Positions 36,576 through 39,167 of a stretch of DNA of 39,167 nucleotides are shown here, piece after piece. A program made the translations under genes and the position numbers. The stretch is taken from positions 1 to 39,167 of IMG/VR virus record IMGVR_UViG_3300032322_002021. One strand, given 5' to 3'. The notes under the pieces are model-generated. The model searched no databases and was not told where the DNA came from. It was given only the letters and a program-made list of their open reading frames with translations. This DNA is from a virus. Lineage: Duplodnaviria > Caudoviricetes. Position 1 is the stretch's first letter. Every line of letters begins with the position of its first letter.

Positions 36576-36917
36576 ATGGCAGTTCCAGTAGTTAACCTTG
36601 TTATTGAACAGGGAGCTGATTTTACTAGGACATTTTCTCTAAAAAGAGCTGACGGATCTCCATTGAACTTAACAAATTATAACTTTGATGTAAAAATGCG
36701 AAAATGGACTGGATCATCTGGATATATTAGTTTTGCAACAACTTATAATGCTGATCCAACACAGGGAAAATTATCAATATCATTAAGCAATTCTCAAACA
36801 GGGATTATAACATCTGGTAGATATAATTATGATATTTTAGTTATTAATCATAATTTAAATGATGTTACTACAAAAGTTATTACTGGACAAATTACTGTAA
36901 ATGGAACTGTATCCTAA
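36576..36917 (+). CDS. Ig-like baseplate/tail-fibre adaptor protein (BppU N-terminal-like)
   Basis: NLVIEQGADF...PLNLTNY...G.LSISLSNSQT...GRYNYDI...KVITGQITV pattern. Confidence 0.7.
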   Translation: MAVPVVNLVIEQGADFTRTFSLKRADGSPLNLTNYNFDVKMRKWTGSSGYISFATTYNADPTQGKLSISLSNSQTGIITSGRYNYDILVINHNLNDVTTKVITGQITVNGTVS

Positions 36918-37255
36918 TGCCAGAAGATATTGTAGTTTCGGTTCAAGAAAGTTCAGCAGATGTTGAAATCGGTGTAGGTCAAATTCAAGTAACTACTCAA
37001 GTACAAGACGTGGCAAATTTATCAGATATTCTAGACGTAGATACTTCAAATTTAGATAGAACTACTAATAAGTATGTTCTTGTTTATGATGCTGTAAGAA
37101 ACAAATACATATTCACTAATCCAGATTCCGTTATCGATTCATCCGTTGGAGTAAGTACGGATGATCCAAATCCAGTTGGAATGACAACTGCAACAATAAA
37201 TTATTTGGATGATGTATTGGATAATAAAATTGATTTAGATGCTGGAGAATGGTAA
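36917..37255 (+). CDS. hypothetical virion/tail-associated protein (112 aa)
   Basis: TAATG coupling; LSDILDVD...VLVYD motif and C-terminal LDAGEW, typical of fibre-associated proteins. Confidence 0.75.
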   Translation: MPEDIVVSVQESSADVEIGVGQIQVTTQVQDVANLSDILDVDTSNLDRTTNKYVLVYDAVRNKYIFTNPDSVIDSSVGVSTDDPNPVGMTTATINYLDDVLDNKIDLDAGEW

Positions 37256-37259
37256 TTTC

Positions 37260-37265
37260 TAAATA
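37260..37265 (+). promoter_or_regulatory. T4-type late promoter (C)TAAATA
   Basis: 35 nt upstream of the tail fibre ATG. Confidence 0.55.
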
Positions 37266-37300
37266 GTTGAGAATGTAAACTCATATTCACTTATATTTCC

Positions 37301-39167
37301 ATGGCTGCTCCAGTAATTCAGTTTAAAAGAGGTCTTTTCAGTAATTTACCAGGCTTAAGAGCGGGTGAACCTGGATTTACCACTGACAAATATGACCTAT
37401 ACGTAGGTGTAAATAGTACATCAGAAGGCAATAAATTCTTTGGTTCTCATAGATATTGGACTAAAGAAACATCAACAGCAGGATCTGGTGTAAATCTTGT
37501 CGAAGGATCTAATAATGGCGATAACGCAATCACCTTAAAAGCTCCTGCTGCATTAGCATCTAGTTATACAATTACTTTCCCAGAAGCAATTGTAGCTAAC
37601 GGATATTTAAAAGTTGCTAGTGACGGAACTCTACGTTGGGATAATGAAGTTTCAGCGGAAAATGTTAATGTTATTGGTATTGCTTCAATTTCACAACTTT
37701 TAGCAACTACAGCAAAAGTAGGTGCTGGTTTAACAGTTACTGGAGCAACAGATCTAAATGGAGGTCTAGATGTTTCTGGTGGTGCATCTATTGATCAACT
37801 ATCGGTTTCTGGTGTTACAACTTCAACTGGTGGATTTGTTGGCGATTTAACAGGTAATGCTGATACAGCAACAGCACTTGATACTGCTCGTGATTTTCAA
37901 GTTACTGGTGACGCTACTTCCGCAATTGTTTCATTTGATGGAACTTCAAACGTTGGTCTTGCAGTAACTTTAGCAACAGTTAATGGTAATATTGGAACAT
38001 TTGGATCACAAACACAAGTTCCTATTATTACAGTTAATGCTAAAGGTCTTATTACTTCAGTATCGACAGCTGCAGTTGGAACTGCCCTAACGGTAACTGG
38101 TGACAGTGGATCTGAAACAATTAACCTTTTAACAGAAGCACTAGCAATCACTGGTGGTACAAATATCACTAGTACTGCTGCTTCAAATGGTATTGATATT
38201 GATCTAGATGATAATATTTCACTAATTAATGTTAAAGCTACAGGAATTGTTACATCTGGATCTTTTGTTGGTGACGGTGCTAGTGTTACTAACTTAACAT
38301 ATAGCAATATTACTGGAGTTCAAACTTCAGTTCGTAATGAGTTTTCTGCAACTTCAACCGATTTTGGCAGACTAACCTACAACTCAGCATCTGGTCAATT
38401 CAGTGTTGCTGGTGTTACTACCTCTGAGATTAGATCTCAATTTGCAGCTGCAGGAACCGATTTTTCTTCTCTTTCATATAATAGTGCATCGGGAACCTTT
38501 ACTGTAACTGGTGTTACTACAGCGCAGATTAGAAATCAGTTCAACGCTGCAGGAACCGATTTTGCTTCTCTTGCTTATGATAATTCAACAGGAACCTTTA
38601 CGGTAACTGGTATTACTACAGCGCAGATTAGAGATAGATTTTCTGCAACTTCAACCGATTTTGGCAGACTAACCTACAATTCAACATCAGGTCAGTTTAG
38701 TATTTCTGGTATTACAACAAGTGAAATTAGACAGCAATTCTCTGCTGCAGGAACCGATTTTGCTTCTCTTGCTTATGATAATTCAACAGGAACCTTTACG
38801 GTAACTGGTATTACTACAGCGCAAATTAGAAATCAATTCAGTGCTGGAACTGGCGTAAGTATTACTAATGGTCAAGTAAGCATTGGACAACCAGTTGCAA
38901 CGACTGATAATGTTACATTTAGCAATGTAAAAGCAACTGGTATTGTAACTGCAACTTCATTTGCAACTGGTGCTTCTGGTCAAGCAATTGGCATTAATAC
39001 TAATACAATTTCAGGTCCAGATACAATTACAATTGATCCTTCTGGTTTAGGTGATAACACAGGTACTGTTGTTATTAAAGGTGACTTACAAGTTGATGGT
39101 ACAACAACGACAATCAACTCAACAACAGTAACAGTTGATGATTTAAATATTACTCTTGCTGATGGTG
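37301..39167 (+). CDS. tail fibre protein (3'-truncated by the window)
   Basis: Absent from the ORF track because no stop is reached. Starts MAAPVIQFKRG...LRAGEPGFTTDKYDLYVG (fibre N-terminal module); the same frame gives VPIITVNAKGLIT mid-gene and GDLQVDGTTTTINSTTVTVDD at the end. Confidence 0.88.
   Translation, partial: MAAPVIQFKRGLFSNLPGLRAGEPGFTTDKYDLYVGVNSTSEGNKFFGSHRYWTKETSTAGSGVNLVEGSNNGDNAITLKAPAALASSYTITFPEAIVANGYLKVASDGTLRWDNEVSAENVNVIGIASISQLLATTAKVGAGLTVTGATDLNGGLDVSGGASIDQLSVSGVTTSTGGFVGDLTGNADTATALDTARDFQVTGDATSAIVSFDGTSNVGLAVTLATVNGNIGTFGSQTQVPIITVNAKGLITSVSTAAVGTALTVTGDSGSETINLLTEALAITGGTNITSTAASNGIDIDLDDNISLINVKATGIVTSGSFVGDGASVTNLTYSNITGVQTSVRNEFSATSTDFGRLTYNSASGQFSVAGVTTSEIRSQFAAAGTDFSSLSYNSASGTFTVTGVTTAQIRNQFNAAGTDFASLAYDNSTGTFTVTGITTAQIRDRFSATSTDFGRLTYNSTSGQFSISGITTSEIRQQFSAAGTDFASLAYDNSTGTFTVTGITTAQIRNQFSAGTGVSITNGQVSIGQPVATTDNVTFSNVKATGIVTATSFATGASGQAIGINTNTISGPDTITIDPSGLGDNTGTVVIKGDLQVDGTTTTINSTTVTVDDLNITLADG
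38342..38836 (+). repeat. five tandem 99-bp (33-aa) repeats within the tail fibre
   Basis: ACCGATTTT recurs at 38357, 38456, 38555, 38654 and 38753. Consensus F.A..TDF..L.Y....G.F.V.G[VI]TT..IR.. Confidence 0.95.

Noticed and set aside
13529-38307. Short ORFs inside 13339..13962 and the structural genes (e.g. 13529..13732, 20017..20214, 31243..31646, 34009..34257, 36039..36257, 37897..38307)
   Set aside because: Typical antisense or off-frame shadows of codon-biased long genes; 37897..38307 is antisense to the tail fibre.
38342-38836. Fibre repeats as a DGR template/variable repeat pair
   Set aside because: The repeats are tandem and in frame, differences are not adenine-specific, and no reverse transcriptase is in the window.

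Overview
39-kb segment of a T4-like cyanophage (Kyanoviridae-type myovirus), in four parts. (1) 1-2701 is an early region of tiny, translationally coupled + strand ORFs driven by three copies of a fixed-geometry promoter cassette; it includes a HicA-family RNase with a possible minimal HicB-like partner. (2) 2702-3496 is largely non-coding and origin-like, with six perfect TTTTCCACA (cyanobacterial-type DnaA) boxes, about 14 CTTATA/TATAAG repeats and several hairpins. (3) 3497-12766 is a mostly AT-rich tailoring-enzyme island with late promoters: 3 SGNH-like proteins, 3 sulfotransferase-fold proteins, a twitch-domain radical SAM, an HNH nuclease, a NodU/CmcH carbamoyltransferase and a GT-A-like glycosyltransferase. 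(4) 14173-end is the late baseplate/tail module: gp25, gp6, a giant gp7-like protein, a virion protein, gp8, a VrlC-like protein, small baseplate proteins and a tail fibre truncated by the window. The best leads are the DnaA-box/iteron locus, a possible virion-decoration system (tailoring island plus a recurrent G-[IVLF]-[GST]-[ST] motif throughout the structural proteins), the hicA plus mini-hicB pair, and a pseudoknot/hairpin switch at 13962-14006. All calls come from reading motifs by eye; no database searches were run.
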